From: Obrimoposthia wandeli
Taxonomy: Eukaryota
Length of the DNA: 64,000 nt
Direction of reading: 5' to 3'
Assembly (NCBI GenBank): GCA_977020255.1
Contig: CDROCS010005135.1
Span: 186,001-250,000, forward strand
The notes under the pieces were generated by a model. The model was given only the letters and a program-made list of their open reading frames with translations, was not told the DNA's origin and searched no databases. Made by a program: the position numbers and the translations under genes. This document shows, piece by piece, positions 61,393 to 64,000 of the stretch (positions within the stretch are counted from its first letter, which is position 1; each line of letters starts with the position of its first letter).

Positions 61393-61811
61393 TACGCGTT
61401 ATCTTCCATCAATAGTTGCGTGGCTTTAATTTCATGTTGTTGCAAGAAAGCTAATAGCTTAAGCATTTGTTCTACTGATGCATTTTTATCAGCACCAATA
61501 ACAACTGGCTTTGTAGGTCCATCTTTTACTTGTTTTAATAGTGCAACGGTAAAGCTATCCCAAGTCTTAAAAGATTGGCCTTGCAGCGCCCAGAAAGGTT
61601 CTTTGGCGATAAGATTAATCGTAATAGGGTCGGCTTCTGTTGTTTGTAATATCTGTGTTTCTGTTTTTGGTAATTCGACATCGAGTGCTTTCAATTTCAC
61701 GCTGGCAGTGAGTAGAAGAAAAACCATAACGATGAAAATAATATCGAGTAAAGGTGTAAGGTCAGGCTTAAGCTCATCATCATTTCGGTATTTATCATTT
61801 ACGCTGATCAT
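61392..61811 (-). CDS. exbD: ExbD (TonB1 system)
   Basis: PDLTPLLDIIFIVMVFLLL; IGAD. Confidence 0.92.
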   Translation of the reverse strand: MISVNDKYRNDDELKPDLTPLLDIIFIVMVFLLLTASVKLKALDVELPKTETQILQTTEADPITINLIAKEPFWALQGQSFKTWDSFTVALLKQVKDGPTKPVVIGADKNASVEQMLKLLAFLQQHEIKATQLLMEDNA

Positions 61812-62551
61812 AAAGCAGTCTCTGTACTAGAAAGAGAGGTGTTTATGTTAGTTGGCGAGGTATTTATATTGACTGATGATGGCGTTGCACCTGTTTTCTT
61901 TGAATGGTTATTACAAGCAGGGTCAAGGTCTAATCCCTCTAGCCAAAGGTTACAGTGGTTTAGGGTATGTTCTAATTTTGCCGTTATCTGATCTGCCCAT
62001 AAGCCCAGAAGTTGAGCCCCCGTTATGGCTGGTAAGGCAATAATCAAACCAGCTGCTGTTGTTCGCATAGCAAGCCCAAGCCCGTCGGCAAGATCGCTCG
62101 GTGTAACTGAACCTGTTGTAGCGGCAATGCCTTTAAACATTTCGATTAAACCCAATACTGTGCCTAATAAACCGAGTAGTGGAGTGATTACACCAATCAA
62201 TGAGAGTAGTCGTAAGCCGGAACGTAATTGTGTGCGTTTTTGTTGTAACCAAATACCTGCTGCATCTTCCCGCAGTGGCTTATCAAAATGGCGGTGTGAA
62301 ATAAGCATTGCGACTCCTTTGTATAACAAAGGGCGTTGCTGTTTTAATTCAGAGGCGAGCTCATCTAGCCCGCTATCATCATCACGATATTGCTTGGCTA
62401 GTAAGGCATTAATTTTTGTTTTACCCACGCCAGTACACAAGAGTACTTGTACGCACCTTTCCAATAAAATCATGATGGTTAACGCAGAGCAGATAAGAAG
62501 AGGCCATGTCATTAGGCCAAATTGGTGTTGTAAATTATTGATGGTGTCCAT
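61808..62551 (-). CDS. exbB: ExbB (TonB1 system)
   Basis: ITPLLGLLGTVLGLI; TTAAGLIIALPA. Confidence 0.92.
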   Translation of the reverse strand: MDTINNLQHQFGLMTWPLLICSALTIMILLERCVQVLLCTGVGKTKINALLAKQYRDDDSGLDELASELKQQRPLLYKGVAMLISHRHFDKPLREDAAGIWLQQKRTQLRSGLRLLSLIGVITPLLGLLGTVLGLIEMFKGIAATTGSVTPSDLADGLGLAMRTTAAGLIIALPAITGAQLLGLWADQITAKLEHTLNHCNLWLEGLDLDPACNNHSKKTGATPSSVNINTSPTNINTSLSSTETAL

Positions 62552-62554
62552 TAT

Positions 62555-63337
62555 TTAATCCAACTGAAAACGAACAGGAATCTGTACTCGGTGGGCAATC
62601 GCTTGTCCATCGACGATATGAGAAGAAAACTGCCATTTTTTAATGGCATCTAATGCCGCTTTATCCAGCATGTTTGTGCCTGAAGAGGCGAGTAATGTTT
62701 GTTTAATTTGACGGCCTGTTTGATCAATCCATACCTCAACCATAACTTGCCCCTGAACACCACGCCGTTTAGCTAAGCGGGGGTATGTTACTGGGCTAGG
62801 GCGTGTTAAAAATGTTGGTTTTGATACCAACGCTGGTGAATTTGTACCCGCCGATACTTCATTTTTTGTTGCTGGCTTTTTTGTTTTAGCAACGCTTGAA
62901 GTTGGCTTATCCATGATTTTAGTCGGTGTTTGTTTAACCTCTTTTGTTTGTGTTTTTGGCTTCTTTGGCGTCGTCTTTTTAACCACTTTCTTCGGTGTGG
63001 TCTTCTCTATAGGGGCGGGGGTAGGTTTCACTTTTTTAATGACTTTGGGTTTATCATCCGACTTTTTTACCAGCTTTTTTGTTTTCGTTTCTACTGGCTC
63101 TATTCTTTTTTCAGGGGACGTTTTTTGTACCATTGGTTTGATTACGTCTTGCTGGATCGGCTTTGCTATCGGTTGCGAAGAAGCAACTTGAGGTGATGAA
63201 ACCAAATTGAGAGATACACGAACAGATTCAGCCCCAACTGGCATTGCCACTGCGTTTTTATTTGGAATTGCAGAAAGCAAAATGCCATGAAAAAGAATGG
63301 ATGTAGCACCCGCAATGACGTATCGCTTGGTATTCAC
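62555..63337 (-). CDS. tonB: TonB1 energy transducer
   Basis: N-terminal TM helix with His (SILFHG), Lys/Pro-rich linker, YPRLAKRRGVQG...AALDAIKKWQF. Likely GTG start at 63337. Confidence 0.9.
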   Translation of the reverse strand: MNTKRYVIAGATSILFHGILLSAIPNKNAVAMPVGAESVRVSLNLVSSPQVASSQPIAKPIQQDVIKPMVQKTSPEKRIEPVETKTKKLVKKSDDKPKVIKKVKPTPAPIEKTTPKKVVKKTTPKKPKTQTKEVKQTPTKIMDKPTSSVAKTKKPATKNEVSAGTNSPALVSKPTFLTRPSPVTYPRLAKRRGVQGQVMVEVWIDQTGRQIKQTLLASSGTNMLDKAALDAIKKWQFSSHIVDGQAIAHRVQIPVRFQLD

Positions 63338-63457
63338 ACAGATCACCTGCTTGAAAAGTAATGTTTCCATAAACGCACAAGGCATTGGAATTAGGGCTAA
63401 TAACGATGTTGAGATAAACACGCTATCAAGAATGGCTCTCATTATCCACTAAATACG

Positions 63458-63490
63458 AATAATATCAATTATCATTTGCAATATCATTTA
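63458..63490. promoter_or_regulatory. Fur box in the tonB1/hutW divergent region
   Basis: Minus-strand GCAAATGATAATTGATATT (63461-63479) matches GATAATGATAATCATTATC at 13/19, with an overlapping AATGATATTGC. Confidence 0.7.
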
Positions 63491-63824
63491 CAGGTGAATA
63501 TGATGCTTAACAAATAAGACTGACTATCATTTGTGTTTTATTGCTTTTGAAGTAAAGATAATAATTTCAATTATTTAGCTGGTTTTTTATATCTGTGAAT
63601 GCGTTCGCTTTTATATATTCAGCAGGTGATTAATTAGCTTGGGTGAGTAATAGAAATACACATGAATCGATCAGTTAATAAGAAAGTATGCATAAAGAAA
63701 GTAAACAGCGTTGAAGTTGACTCATTAGCTAAGTGTAAGTGCTCACCTTATTACTTAACTCACACCCATTTGTTGGGAAGAGTACCGATACGAGGAGTGG
63801 CTGGTTAAACCAGCATATTAATCT

Positions 63825-64000
63825 ATGAACAAAGAACAATTACGTAGTATTGAAAAAGTGCATGTTGAAGGCATGGGTGTTGAAATTGTCGGGGAAAATA
63901 CGCCCGATCCGCTGAGGTTTGCATTCCGTCAAAAGCGATCAGCGCATGCTGGTGGCATGACATCAATGGTTGCAGAACATGAACAACAGCCTATAGCGCA
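63825..64000 (+). CDS. hutW: Heme-utilisation radical SAM protein HutW, 5' part only
   Basis: ATG 63825 gives MNKEQLRS...GENTPDPLRFAFRQKRSAHAGG, open to the window edge and divergent from tonB1. Confidence 0.8.
   Translation, partial: MNKEQLRSIEKVHVEGMGVEIVGENTPDPLRFAFRQKRSAHAGGMTSMVAEHEQQPIA

Noticed and set aside
63662-63808. 48-codon ORF upstream of hutW (MNRSVNKKVC...)
   Set aside because: No convincing RBS or motif; it lies in a divergent promoter region and is probably chance.

Overview
A mostly ordinary chromosomal segment of a Vibrionaceae-like gammaproteobacterium. Photobacterium is my best guess, inferred from the protein sequences, the pheST-ihfA-astE-btuCD and purR-tfoY synteny, and Vibrio-type intergenic repeats. 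About 50 CDSs are supported. They include pheS, pheT, ihfA, astE and btuCD; an ScsA-like plus DsbA-family pair; a LacI-NhaC-MalY module; an MCP; yidE; an H-NOX plus hybrid kinase pair; split class II RNR (nrdJa/nrdJb); a porin; yegD; a Tat-exported HiPIP; a glycine-riboswitch-controlled AGCS symporter; an RND/MFP/TetR efflux set; punC/punR; a ynj-type cluster with a DedA/VTT-flavin disulfide reductase fusion; c-di-GMP-I riboswitch-tfoY; purR; and the tonB1-exbB1-exbD1-hutBCD/hutW heme locus. The ORF track misses several things: an acyltransferase-3 gene running off the left edge, hutW running off the right edge, two riboswitches, two families of small inverted-repeat elements, and a heavily deleted group II intron relic at about 11.2-11.9 kb. 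I found no CRISPR array, rRNA or tRNA. The best candidates for an uncharacterised system are the VTT-oxidoreductase/AhpD/ABC/CDP-alcohol transferase cluster, the LacI-NhaC-C-S lyase module, and the minimal ScsA-DsbA locus. All calls come from motif recognition by eye; no searches were run.
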